A stretch of 64,000 nucleotides of DNA from Marinicella sp. (GTDB taxonomy: Bacteria > Pseudomonadota > Gammaproteobacteria > Xanthomonadales > Marinicellaceae), in the NCBI GenBank assembly GCA_965230295.1, contig OZ246001.1:3552001-3616000 (forward strand). Reading direction: 5' to 3'. Shown in pieces: positions 42,013 through 51,766 of the stretch. The notes beneath the pieces were generated by a model. The model did not search any database and was not told the DNA's origin. It saw only the letters and a program-made list of their open reading frames with translations. Made by a program: the position numbers and the translations under genes. Position 1 is the stretch's first letter. Each line of letters opens with the position of its first letter.

Positions 42013-45000
42013 TCAGGGTTTTTCTTTGATCAGTTTTTGATACATCGATGGTACCACCAATAACGACAAAGCGGTAGATACCAGTAAACCGGAAATGATA
42101 GACCAAGCCAAAGGCGGCCACAAAGTTGATTTGGTCATGACTAAAGGTAACAGTCCTGCGATTGTGGTTAAGGTGGTCAGGATGATCGGCCTGGTTCTGC
42201 GGGCAACAGCTTGCTCTATGGCTTTTTTCATTGGCATTCCTGCATCTTGATTTTTCTTAATTAGATCAAGCAGTACGATGGCATTGTTAACGACAATTCC
42301 CACCAGTGCAAGTACACCTAATGTGGCAGTGAACCCAAATGGTGTGCTGGTCAACAATAAGCCAAATGGTACACCGGCGAAAGCCAATGGTACAGTCACC
42401 AAAATGATCAGTAATTTTTTGAATGAGTTGAATTCTATCAGTAAAAACACCAACAACATGATGATGCCAATGGGCAGTGCCTTTCCTAATGACTGGTTGG
42501 CTTTGCCAGACTCTTGAATGGAGCCCGCAACATAGTAACGAACCCCGCGTGGAAATTCGACTTCTTCAAGCTTGGGTAAAAATTCATTCAGAACATCGTC
42601 ATAAGTATAGCCATCGACTGTTTCAGAAAAAACCGATGCGGTTCGCTGTAAATTGATGTGATTGATAGATGCAGGCAACCATTCAACACTTTTCTCAGTC
42701 AGTGCATTCAGTGACAATTGATATTCTCCATTGTGAATCGAAATGTCATCTAAATCCTGGATATTAAAATTCACATGCTCAGGTGACTGCATAACGATGT
42801 TGATGGGATCTTCATTACCACGGTATTGGCCAATTATCTGTCCTGAGGTTCGTAATGCCAGTCCACTGGCCAGTTCATCTCTGGTTACATCATTTCGGTT
42901 AAGTAGGGCATCTTTGGGAGACAATGTCAGTTTTGCCATGCCTAATCCAATGGTGTTGCGCAGAGTCCTGGTGCCAGGAGATTCGCCGAGTAAATCCTGA
43001 ATTTTTCTCACCGATTCTGTGAGTTCTTGTCGATCCTCGGCGATTACCCGGATCTCAATGGGTGCATCCGCCGGAGGTCCTTGTCCCAACCTTCTGGCCA
43101 CAATTTCAGCTTGCGGGTATTCGGGGGTCACTTCTGTAGTGATCCAATCAATGATTTCATTGCTGTATGCCACATCATCAAGAATACCAATGATTCTTGC
43201 AATGTGAGGAGCTCTGGGCTTCTCCACCAAATTGTAATAAAACACAGGGCCGGAGTTACCTACAAAGGTGGCCGTTTTTTGTACATGTTCTCGATCAGAT
43301 AACTGTCTGGCGATGGTCTGGGTGATTTGGGTGTTTTGAATGATGTGTGAGTTTTCCGGGAATTTGATATCAACTATCAATTGATTGCGATCTGTGTCAG
43401 GAAAGAACTCTTTTTGCACGTGGCTGAACATAAAGGCTGAAATCAATAAAAAGCCTACGGCACCCAGAATGATGATGTTGGTTTTACTCACGGCAATTTG
43501 ACCCAACTTATGACCCAGTAGTTGTAATTTGGATTCTCTGTTTTCTGCATGTTGCTTCAAAAATATATGGCTGAAGGCTGGTGTCACCATGATGGCATAG
43601 ACATAACTGACAGATATGGAAAGGATGATCATGGTTGGAATGGCCCGGGTGAAATCGGCGGAATTCCCTTGAGACAGTAACATTGGCATGAAAGCAGCGA
43701 TGGTGGTACCCGTTGCTGAACCCAAAGACATCGCCAGATTTTTCACGGATGTAACTGATGCATCTGAACCTCGCATGCCTTCGTCGATGTGGTATTGAAT
43801 GTTTTCAACCATCACAATGGCGTTATCTACCAGCATACCCAAACCTATGACCATACCGGCAATGGCCATCTGGTGTAACACACCACCGCCCAAGTTGAAC
43901 AATGCCAACGATGAAAACGTCACCAGGGGAATAACAGTGGCCACCACCAATCCAGGTCGCAAACCTAGAAAGAAAGCCAGGATAATGGTCACCAGTAGCA
44001 TCCCGGTTAGTAATGAACCACCCAACTCTTGAATTCGATCCAGAACACGATCCGGTTGAAAGAAGACTTCTTCTATCGTCACTTCAGGATATAAACGCCT
44101 GATGTCATCCATGTAAGTACGCAATTCTTCACCAAAATCCACCACGTTTAATTGGTTGATTGGAACATACAAGGACAAGGCAATGGCCCGTTCTTGGTGG
44201 TGCCAAAATCCAGAGTTTGATACATTTTCTGCTTCAAGCCTGATGTCAGCGATTGCTGATAATGGCAGTTGTTCCCCATTGGTTAACTCAATGCTGGTGT
44301 TCTTGATTTCTTCGATCGATTTGAATTCAGTGTGGGCGTCAATATTGACTCGGTTATTTCCAACATGCAAGGCGTTGATTGGCTGTGCTTTGGTGCGTTC
44401 GTTGATTTGTCGGGCGATGGATTCATGGTTGATGATCGAACTGTTGTTGAATGATTCCTTCAAAGTGATGGTGATTTGTTCCTCCGGCATTCCATACAAG
44501 GAAACCTTCCCAATGCCAGGTAAATTGAACATGCGATTTTTAATAGATTTGGCCGCCTCTCGTAACTGCATGATGTCATTAATTCCAGACAAACTATAAA
44601 CTGCCACAGCCGTATCGAGTAATCGATCTTCTACTGAGGGTTCAAGTACACCGTCAGGAAACAGCACTTGTGCTTTGTCAACAGCTCTTCGGACACGATC
44701 CCAAACCAAATCAGTGTCGGTGATGTGATCCAACATTTTAACAATGACCTGGACAAATCCTGAACGAACGGTGGCCCTGATTTCATCTATTTCTTCTATT
44801 TGGGCCAGTTCTTCTTCGAGTGGTTTTAAGACCTGCTTTTCAATCTTTTTAACATCAGCTCCAGGATACTGAACCAAAACAAAACCCTGGCGGTAAGGAA
44901 AGAAGGGGTCTTCCTGGCGATTCATGCTGGTCCATGAAAACAAACCAAAAAGCGCGAGGAAAATAGAAGTGGTTAATATCAGTCTTTTTTGACCGACCAG

Positions 45001-45018
45001 GACCCTGACTACACTCAT
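42013..45018 (-). CDS. RND efflux permease (AcrB/AcrD/AcrF family)
   Basis: RQEDP, GMLVDNAIV, GIVVNNAIVL, RTRPIILTTLTT; two-repeat TM architecture. Confidence 0.94.
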   Translation of the reverse strand: MSVVRVLVGQKRLILTTSIFLALFGLFSWTSMNRQEDPFFPYRQGFVLVQYPGADVKKIEKQVLKPLEEELAQIEEIDEIRATVRSGFVQVIVKMLDHITDTDLVWDRVRRAVDKAQVLFPDGVLEPSVEDRLLDTAVAVYSLSGINDIMQLREAAKSIKNRMFNLPGIGKVSLYGMPEEQITITLKESFNNSSIINHESIARQINERTKAQPINALHVGNNRVNIDAHTEFKSIEEIKNTSIELTNGEQLPLSAIADIRLEAENVSNSGFWHHQERAIALSLYVPINQLNVVDFGEELRTYMDDIRRLYPEVTIEEVFFQPDRVLDRIQELGGSLLTGMLLVTIILAFFLGLRPGLVVATVIPLVTFSSLALFNLGGGVLHQMAIAGMVIGLGMLVDNAIVMVENIQYHIDEGMRGSDASVTSVKNLAMSLGSATGTTIAAFMPMLLSQGNSADFTRAIPTMIILSISVSYVYAIMVTPAFSHIFLKQHAENRESKLQLLGHKLGQIAVSKTNIIILGAVGFLLISAFMFSHVQKEFFPDTDRNQLIVDIKFPENSHIIQNTQITQTIARQLSDREHVQKTATFVGNSGPVFYYNLVEKPRAPHIARIIGILDDVAYSNEIIDWITTEVTPEYPQAEIVARRLGQGPPADAPIEIRVIAEDRQELTESVRKIQDLLGESPGTRTLRNTIGLGMAKLTLSPKDALLNRNDVTRDELASGLALRTSGQIIGQYRGNEDPINIVMQSPEHVNFNIQDLDDISIHNGEYQLSLNALTEKSVEWLPASINHINLQRTASVFSETVDGYTYDDVLNEFLPKLEEVEFPRGVRYYVAGSIQESGKANQSLGKALPIGIIMLLVFLLIEFNSFKKLLIILVTVPLAFAGVPFGLLLTSTPFGFTATLGVLALVGIVVNNAIVLLDLIKKNQDAGMPMKKAIEQAVARRTRPIILTTLTTIAGLLPLVMTKSTLWPPLAWSIISGLLVSTALSLLVVPSMYQKLIKEKP

Positions 45019-46076
45019 GACCGGCTCAACATTTGTTTCGGAGATAAGTTAACCTGACCAGCCGTGATCACTTCAACTTCACCCTGTTGTGACATGCGCA
45101 CAATGACATCATTGTTTTCTATATCTATCAGCTCAATGGGTGCTTGAATGACCTGATTGTTCTCAATCAGAAAGACAAAAGGTTCATTGATGCCGTCGTC
45201 AATCACACTTTCTATGGGCAATCTAAAAAACTCACCAATACTTTCTTTGATCTGCACGGTTATCTTTTCGCCAGACTTGATGTCATACATGATGGGCACA
45301 TCAAGCATGACTTTGAACAATTGGGATTTTGGATTGGCCGATAGGCTGATTTCTTTGACTGTAGCATTGATGAATTGGTTGTTATATTTCACTGCCAAAG
45401 ACTGACCTTGTTCTATATTGCGGTGCAAAAAAGAGGGTAAGAATATGGGTGCTTCTAAAGAATTTACGCCGCCAACCACCAGCACAACTTCACCTGGACT
45501 GATGACTTCACCCGCTTCTTTGTATATTTCAGCGATGTTACCGGCAAACGGTGCCTTTAATATGGTTTCATCAAACAAAGACTGTGCTTGCTCAAGTTGT
45601 GCTTCAATACTTTTTTTGGTGGCTAATAAATTGTCCTGTTGATTGGTCAAACGGTCCAGCTCATTTTGACTGATGGCGTTGGTTTTTTTAAGATTTTCAA
45701 CCCTTTTTACTTCCGCTTCGTTTTGTTCCAGTGTGGCTTCAATGGCCTCAATTTGGCTTTGAAACTGTTGTATCTGAGGCTCTAGCGAAGGATTGCTTAC
45801 TTTGAATAATTCTTCACCAGCTTCCACACTGTCACCAATTTTAATGAATTGTTCTTCAATGATGCCGCTGACCTGAAAGGACATGTTGGCTTGATCTGTG
45901 GGGACTACAAATGCTGCCACTTGATGGGTTTTGAATTGTTCAGATGGGCTGAATTTTGATGAACTGTAACCAATATTCTCTATGGGCTTAGTGGATTCTT
46001 TTTCTGCTTCAGTTTGGCATCCTGTCAGGCAAATACAGGCCATCATCATGACCATCATTGTGGATTTGTTTTTCAT
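45015..46076 (-). CDS. RND periplasmic adaptor (MFP) lipoprotein
   Basis: Lipobox LTGC, SFQVSG..V.AG lipoyl half, coiled coil, LKAPFAG. Confidence 0.92.
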   Translation of the reverse strand: MKNKSTMMVMMMACICLTGCQTEAEKESTKPIENIGYSSSKFSPSEQFKTHQVAAFVVPTDQANMSFQVSGIIEEQFIKIGDSVEAGEELFKVSNPSLEPQIQQFQSQIEAIEATLEQNEAEVKRVENLKKTNAISQNELDRLTNQQDNLLATKKSIEAQLEQAQSLFDETILKAPFAGNIAEIYKEAGEVISPGEVVLVVGGVNSLEAPIFLPSFLHRNIEQGQSLAVKYNNQFINATVKEISLSANPKSQLFKVMLDVPIMYDIKSGEKITVQIKESIGEFFRLPIESVIDDGINEPFVFLIENNQVIQAPIELIDIENNDVIVRMSQQGEVEVITAGQVNLSPKQMLSRS

Positions 46077-46651
46077 GGTTTTATACCTTCAATGGTGTTT
46101 TCTATGAAGTCATTGATGAATGATTCTGGATTCTTGTATATGGATTCATCCCAATGTTTGTAATGACATTCAGCGATAAAGTATTGATTGATTACAGTGA
46201 TGAAGTTCATCACCAAGATGACCGGATTGAACCCCTTACGCATCAGTCCATTTTCTTGTGCTTGTTTAATCAATTCACTGCCTCTGGCAATCAACGGTTG
46301 GTCCATTTGTCCGCACTTTTCATCGTTTTCCAAGTGTGCATAAGCAAAAAACCGTGGGATCAATGGATTGTTCTTAACAAATTCGAAATAATAGAACATG
46401 GATTTTCTGATCAATTCAATGGGGTCTTTTTCTCTTTCAAATAAATTAATTTGGTTTTCAGCATATTTTTTGAAAAACTTTTCTTTCACGGTTTCCCACA
46501 ATTGCTCTTTGTTTTCGAAATGATGAAATATCAAACTTTTTGTTACCCCGGCTTGCTTCGCGATCATCGACAATGAAACATGTGCAAACCCATGGGTGGC
46601 AAATAATGCCAAAGCTTCGTTCAGTATATTTTCTTTTTTTGATGTATTCAT
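46073..46651 (-). CDS. TetR/AcrR family regulator
   Basis: ILNEALALFATHGF..IAKQAGVTKSLIFHHFENKEQL HTH. Start set at MNTSKK. Confidence 0.93.
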   Translation of the reverse strand: MNTSKKENILNEALALFATHGFAHVSLSMIAKQAGVTKSLIFHHFENKEQLWETVKEKFFKKYAENQINLFEREKDPIELIRKSMFYYFEFVKNNPLIPRFFAYAHLENDEKCGQMDQPLIARGSELIKQAQENGLMRKGFNPVILVMNFITVINQYFIAECHYKHWDESIYKNPESFINDFIENTIEGIKP

Positions 46652-46658
46652 GGGCTCA

Positions 46659-46687
46659 ATTATATGATTGACTGACCGATCGGTCAA
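46659..46687 (-). promoter_or_regulatory. Sigma70 promoter with overlapping palindromic operator
   Basis: TTGACC (46687-46682), 17 bp, TATAAT (46664-46659); perfect 14-bp palindrome TGACCGATCGGTCA at 46673-46686. Confidence 0.82.
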
Positions 46688-46872
46688 TAAAGGATTGTAA
46701 AAAACAAGTAATTACATTTGGCATATTCAATCAGAGGCCAAAATAAGGTAATTTGTAACACTTTTACCTATGAACCGTGAAGTCAGGGTGATCGAATTAA
46801 ACGACCGCTACATATATATTGATGGTAAAATTTTTTGCTTTTACTCACAACCACTCACTTGGGAGACATGAC

Positions 46873-49800
46873 ATGCTAAAACCCTTTGTACGACGAAAAC
46901 ACATCAAGCTCTGCGTGTGTATTCTGATGTTGTTATCATTCGTTTCAATGGCCAACACAACCGATCAATCAGGGACAAAATTACTGCGATTTGCAGATAT
47001 TCATAAAAACAAAGTGACCTTTGTTTATGGCGGTGACATCTACACTGCAGACATACAGTCAGGCCAAGCAAAACGACTGACTTCACACAAAGGTTTTGAG
47101 ACATTTCCTAAGTTTTCTCGTGATGGCAATAAAATCGCTTTCACCGCTGAATACACGGGATCAAGACAGGTTTATGTGATGAATACCGACGGCAGTGGTT
47201 TAAAACAACTGACATGGTATAACGACGTGGGCCCCATGCCACCAAGAGGTGGTTTTGATTATCGCATCTTAGACTGGTCAGCTGACAGTCAAAATATATT
47301 GGTGCGTGCCAATCGATTGCCTTGGGGCATTCGTATGGGACAACCTTATTGGGTCCCAGTACAAGGTGGCATGGAACAACCATTGGCTGTTCCTGAAACC
47401 GGTGGTGGCATGTTGTCACCTGATGGTAAAAAATTCATATACACCCCGATAGACCGTGAATTCAGAACCTGGAAACGCTATCGTGGTGGCCGTGCTCAAG
47501 ACGTATGGGTTTATGACTTAGAAGCCAACAGCAGTGAGCAATTAACCACCCATGCGGCCACTGACCATCAACCGGTATGGGTTGGTGAGGACATCTATTT
47601 CATCAGTGACCGTGATTATCATTTGAATTTGTATCGATATGTGGCAGGTGGTGAACCTGTAAAGGTCACAGATCATCAACAGTATGATGCATTGTGGGCA
47701 TCGGCCGGCCCAGATGCCATAGTTTATGAAAATGGTGGAAATCTCTGGCGATATGACCCAGCAAGCCAGCAAACCGAACCATTGAATATCAAAATCACAG
47801 CCAATCAGGAACACCTGTTGGCGCAGCGGAAAAATGTCAAAGACAACATAGATTCGATGACCATATCCCCTGATGCCAAACGGGTGGTTATTGCAGCCAG
47901 AGGAGAGCTGTTCTCAGTACCTGCAAAGACTGGTGAAATCAAAAACATCAGCAATACCCCCAGTGCCAGAGAAATTGATGTGACGTGGTCACCTGATGGT
48001 AAGCAGGTTGCTTATTTAAGTGATGCTTCTGGTGAGTATGAACTGTATACCAAAAACATCAAAACCAACAAAGTGACACGCATAACCAGTGATGGCAATA
48101 CTTGGCGCTTCCCGCCGGTGTGGTCACCTGACAGCCAGAAAATTGCTTACGCCGATACCAACCAAACTTTATGGGTCGCTGATGTTGAGAAGAAGAAAAG
48201 CAAAAAAGTAGATCGTTCCAGCAGAAATTTCATTCAAGACTATAGTTGGTCACCTGACAGTCAATGGTTGGTTTACAGCAAAACTGAAAACAGTGGATTT
48301 GGCTCATTGTATGTCTACAATCTGGGTGGTGACAAAGTCAGTCGTTTAACCAGTGAGTCATTCAATGATTTCTCCCCAGTCTTTGACCCTAACGGCCGTT
48401 ACTTGTTTTTCTTGTCTAACCGAGACTACAACTTGTCTTTCAGCAGTTATGAGTTCAATTATTTATACCATCGGGCTACTCGTGTCTATGCAGCCACACT
48501 CAACGATGACGTGCCTGCACTGTATCCATTTCAAAATGATGGCATGAGTACGGCTTCTAAAAACAATAAAAAAGCGGACACCGATAAAAATGCTGACAAT
48601 GAAGAAATCACAACAGTAGACATTAAATTGGCTGGATTTGATGACAGGGTTCGGGCATTACCAGGCGGTGCCAGCAATTATAACAACCTACAGTCTAATG
48701 GAGATGCGGTCTTTGTGGTTGAAAATGGAACCAATGGAAACAGCATCAAAATCATCAGTTTAGAAGACAATGAACAACCCAAAGTGGTGATGGCAGGTGC
48801 AACCAATTACCTCTTGTCGGGAGACGGTAAAAGCATGTTGGTTCAAAAAGGTCAAAACCACCACATTGTCAAAGCGGCTGCCGATCAAAAAGCCAAAGAA
48901 AACCAACTGGATCTCAAACATTTAACTTTAAAAATTGACCCGAAAGTTGAATGGCAACAAATGTATACGGATGCCTGGAGGATCCTCAGGGATTGGTTCT
49001 ATGATCCAGGTATGCATGGCAATGACTGGCAAGCCATACATGATAAATACCAACCCATGGCAGCTGCCGCCACCCATCGCACCGATTTAGACTACGTTTT
49101 TGGCGAGATCGCCGGTGAAATGAATGCTGGACACATCTATGTCAATTCTGGTGATCAACCACAAGTGGAGCGCCAACAGAATGGTTTGCTTGGTGCTGAA
49201 TTCGAAAAACACAAAAGTGGTTATTTTAAAATCAGTAAAATCTTTGCCGGTGAGAACTGGACTCCCAACAGGCGTTCTCCATTGACTGAATCTGGGATAA
49301 AAGCTGCTGTGGGTGATTTTGTGTTGTCAATCAATGGTCACAGTACCAAAGACACTGCCAATATTTATCAATTGTTGGAGCACACCCTGGACCGCACTGT
49401 GAGTATCGAATTGAATGACCAGGCGAAAGAATCAGGATCTTGGACGGTCCATGTCAAACCCATTGGTTCAGAAAGCCAGTTGCGTTACTTTAATTGGGTT
49501 GAAGAACGCCGTGCGATGGTAGACAAGTTGTCAGGAGGGCGCATTGGTTACGTTCACTTACCCAATACAGCCATTGATGGCAATCGTGAGTTGTTCAAAC
49601 AAATGCTCCCACAAATAGGTAAAGATGCTTTGATCATTGACGATCGTTACAATGGGGGTGGTTTTATCCCTGATCGCATGATCGAACTGTTGTCGCGTAA
49701 AACCATCAACTACTGGAAGCGCAGAGGTCTGGATTTAGACAGCAACGCCACACCATTGATTGCTCATGATGGGCCTAAAGTGATGTTAACCAACGGCCAA

Positions 49801-50145
49801 TCCAGTTCAGGTGGTGATGCCTTACCTTATTATTTCCGCAAAGCAGGCTTGGGTAAAATCATTGGTACCCGCACGTGGGGTGGATTGATTGGGATCAGTG
49901 GAAATCCAGGGCTGGCAGACGGTGGATCGATTTTGGCTTCAACATTCAGATTTATGGATACAGAAGGCAATTGGGCGGTAGAAAATGAAGGGGTTTCGCC
50001 TGATATTGAAGTGATCGATCGACCAGAGTTGGTGGCAGCGGGTAAAGACCCGTCCATTGAACGGGCGGTTGAGGAATTACTGAAAGACTTGAAAGAAAAC
50101 CCCAGGAAAACGATCAAGTCGCCGCCAGCGCCCACTGAATTTTAA
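46873..50145 (+). CDS. Tricorn-type S41 protease (PD40 propellers, PDZ, S41)
   Basis: WSPD repeats, WRILRDWFYDPGMHG, GRIGYVHLP, IIDDRYNGGG, SSGGD, IGTRTWGG, VENEGVSPDIEV. GGAG before ATG 46873. Confidence 0.94.
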   Translation: MLKPFVRRKHIKLCVCILMLLSFVSMANTTDQSGTKLLRFADIHKNKVTFVYGGDIYTADIQSGQAKRLTSHKGFETFPKFSRDGNKIAFTAEYTGSRQVYVMNTDGSGLKQLTWYNDVGPMPPRGGFDYRILDWSADSQNILVRANRLPWGIRMGQPYWVPVQGGMEQPLAVPETGGGMLSPDGKKFIYTPIDREFRTWKRYRGGRAQDVWVYDLEANSSEQLTTHAATDHQPVWVGEDIYFISDRDYHLNLYRYVAGGEPVKVTDHQQYDALWASAGPDAIVYENGGNLWRYDPASQQTEPLNIKITANQEHLLAQRKNVKDNIDSMTISPDAKRVVIAARGELFSVPAKTGEIKNISNTPSAREIDVTWSPDGKQVAYLSDASGEYELYTKNIKTNKVTRITSDGNTWRFPPVWSPDSQKIAYADTNQTLWVADVEKKKSKKVDRSSRNFIQDYSWSPDSQWLVYSKTENSGFGSLYVYNLGGDKVSRLTSESFNDFSPVFDPNGRYLFFLSNRDYNLSFSSYEFNYLYHRATRVYAATLNDDVPALYPFQNDGMSTASKNNKKADTDKNADNEEITTVDIKLAGFDDRVRALPGGASNYNNLQSNGDAVFVVENGTNGNSIKIISLEDNEQPKVVMAGATNYLLSGDGKSMLVQKGQNHHIVKAAADQKAKENQLDLKHLTLKIDPKVEWQQMYTDAWRILRDWFYDPGMHGNDWQAIHDKYQPMAAAATHRTDLDYVFGEIAGEMNAGHIYVNSGDQPQVERQQNGLLGAEFEKHKSGYFKISKIFAGENWTPNRRSPLTESGIKAAVGDFVLSINGHSTKDTANIYQLLEHTLDRTVSIELNDQAKESGSWTVHVKPIGSESQLRYFNWVEERRAMVDKLSGGRIGYVHLPNTAIDGNRELFKQMLPQIGKDALIIDDRYNGGGFIPDRMIELLSRKTINYWKRRGLDLDSNATPLIAHDGPKVMLTNGQSSSGGDALPYYFRKAGLGKIIGTRTWGGLIGISGNPGLADGGSILASTFRFMDTEGNWAVENEGVSPDIEVIDRPELVAAGKDPSIERAVEELLKDLKENPRKTIKSPPAPTEF

Positions 50146-50164
50146 AACAAGGATTTCTTTGTAA

Positions 50165-50188
50165 ATAGATTGACTTTTACCAATCTAT
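50165..50188. promoter_or_regulatory. Inverted repeat (operator/UAS candidate) overlapping a TTGACT -35-like hexamer
   Basis: ATAGATTG-N8-CAATCTAT, perfect 8-bp arms. Confidence 0.55.
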
Positions 50189-50251
50189 GTGAAAAATGTA
50201 CGCACTTGTCCGATGGGTTCGGGCAAGTGTAACCATTAAAAACGTGCTATG

Positions 50252-50267
50252 TGGCACCGAATTAGCA
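50252..50267 (+). promoter_or_regulatory. Candidate sigma54 -24/-12 promoter
   Basis: TGGCACCGAATTAGCA: GG (50253-54), N10, GC (50265-66). E. coli rtcBA is sigma54-dependent. Confidence 0.5.
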
Positions 50268-50285
50268 TCTAAAGGAGGCTTAAAC

Positions 50286-50318
50286 ATGCAAAACAAATAT
50301 ACGAGAAAAATGAGTTAA
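50286..50318 (+). CDS. Putative leader peptide MQNKYTRKMS
   Basis: AGGAGG at 50273-50278, ATG 50286, TAA 50316-50318, directly abutting attenuator helices. Confidence 0.72.
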   Translation: MQNKYTRKMS

Positions 50319-50320
50319 GC

Positions 50321-50413
50321 GCCTACCAACATATTTTGTTTGGAAGGCCAAGATTAACAGTGCCTTTCAGACTTTCAAAAAGCCTGAAATGCATTGCATG
50401 TCGGGCTTTTTTT
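50321..50413 (+). terminator. Transcription attenuator (alternative antiterminator/terminator) upstream of rtcB
   Basis: Terminator aaaaagcctga..tcgggc-T7 (50377-50413). Its 5' arm also pairs with 50365-50375, and 50362-50372 pairs with 50338-50348, which also pairs with 50321-50331. Confidence 0.78.
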
Positions 50414-50566
50414 ATGCCAGAAAAAAGGCAAGCCTGATTTTTATAAGGAAACAGGCAGCAAGTATTTGCTGCTCAATCAGAGGAGTCTTGTGAGGTCGGT
50501 TTTCATCCGAAGAGCTTGCCCTGATACAGATCGGGGATGAAAGAAGGGAAACAAGACACAAAAACT

Positions 50567-51766
50567 ATGCCAATATTAAAACAAATAAACAAGGGTAAAG
50601 TACCCATAAAAATATATACAGAGGACATTGCACCCCAAGCCATCAATCAACTGGTGAATATTGCCAATTTGCCCATTGTTCACCACCATGTGGCAGTCAT
50701 GCCGGATGTGCATGTTGGGATTGGAGCCACCGTAGGTTCGGTGATTCCCACACTCAATGCTGTTATTCCAGCAGCGGTTGGCGTTGACATCGGTTGTGGT
50801 ATGAATGCGGTGAGAACCAGCTTAACAGCCAATGACTTACCAGATCATTTATTTGGTGTCAGGCGTGAAATTGAACGACTTGTTCCTGTAGGTTTCAACA
50901 AACACAAGAAGTCGGTGGTCAACCGGTCCAGTATCAATGGATTAGACAAGCCATTGGATGAAATCTTACATAAACACCCAGGCATCATGAAAATGTTGAA
51001 AAACTTCAACCCGACCTGGCAAAACCAGTTGGGTACATTGGGAGGAGGTAACCACTTCATTGAATTGTGTCTGGATGAAAATGATGATGTGTGGATTATG
51101 CTTCACTCCGGTTCTCGTGGCATCGGCAATGTGATTGGTCGATACTTCATCAACCTGGCCAAGAAAGACATGCAAAGACACCAACATCATTTACCTGATG
51201 TTAACTTGTCTTACTTGTCGGAAGGCAGTGATCATTTCGATGATTATGTGATGGCTGTTAATTGGGCCCAGGAGTATGCCTGGATGAATCGCCAGGAGAT
51301 GATGAAATTGGTGGTGAAGGCATTGCAAAACAGTGCATTGCCAGCATTCACTTTAACCAAGAAAGCCATCAACTGCCACCATAACTACATATCTCACGAG
51401 ACCCATTATGGAGAGGCGGTTTATGTAACCCGTAAAGGTGCCATCAGAGCAGGTGAAGGTGAGCTTGGCATCATTCCAGGGTCAATGGGAGCTAAATCCT
51501 ATATTGTTGAAGGTAGGGGTTCAAAAACATCATTCTGTTCATGTGCACATGGAGCAGGGCGAACCATGAGCCGCACCGAAGCCAAACGAACTTTCAATAC
51601 CCAGGATTTGAAACATCAAACCATGGGTGTTGAATGTCGCAAAGACAAGAACATGCTGGATGAAATTCCGGGTGCCTATAAGGACATCGATCAAGTGATG
51701 GAGAATCAACATGATTTGGTGTCTGTGGTTCATACTTTGAAACAAGTGGTTTGTGTCAAAGGATGA
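50567..51766 (+). CDS. rtcB: RNA ligase RtcB (3'-phosphate/5'-OH ligase)
   Basis: MPDVH, VGVDIGCGM, GTLGGGNHFIE, LHSGSRG, CHHNY, RKGA, IPGSMG, AHGAGR, DEIPGAYKDI. Start at MPILK (ORF track 50537). Confidence 0.97.
   Translation: MPILKQINKGKVPIKIYTEDIAPQAINQLVNIANLPIVHHHVAVMPDVHVGIGATVGSVIPTLNAVIPAAVGVDIGCGMNAVRTSLTANDLPDHLFGVRREIERLVPVGFNKHKKSVVNRSSINGLDKPLDEILHKHPGIMKMLKNFNPTWQNQLGTLGGGNHFIELCLDENDDVWIMLHSGSRGIGNVIGRYFINLAKKDMQRHQHHLPDVNLSYLSEGSDHFDDYVMAVNWAQEYAWMNRQEMMKLVVKALQNSALPAFTLTKKAINCHHNYISHETHYGEAVYVTRKGAIRAGEGELGIIPGSMGAKSYIVEGRGSKTSFCSCAHGAGRTMSRTEAKRTFNTQDLKHQTMGVECRKDKNMLDEIPGAYKDIDQVMENQHDLVSVVHTLKQVVCVKG

Noticed and set aside
50286-50318. Macrolide-specific R/K-x-R/K arrest motif or amino-acid codon run in the leader
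   Set aside because: MQNKYTRKMS contains neither, so no specific inducer can be claimed.
50427-50524. Canonical tRNA gene upstream of rtcB
   Set aside because: No TTC T-loop, D-arm or CCA; kept only as a loosely tRNA-like finding.
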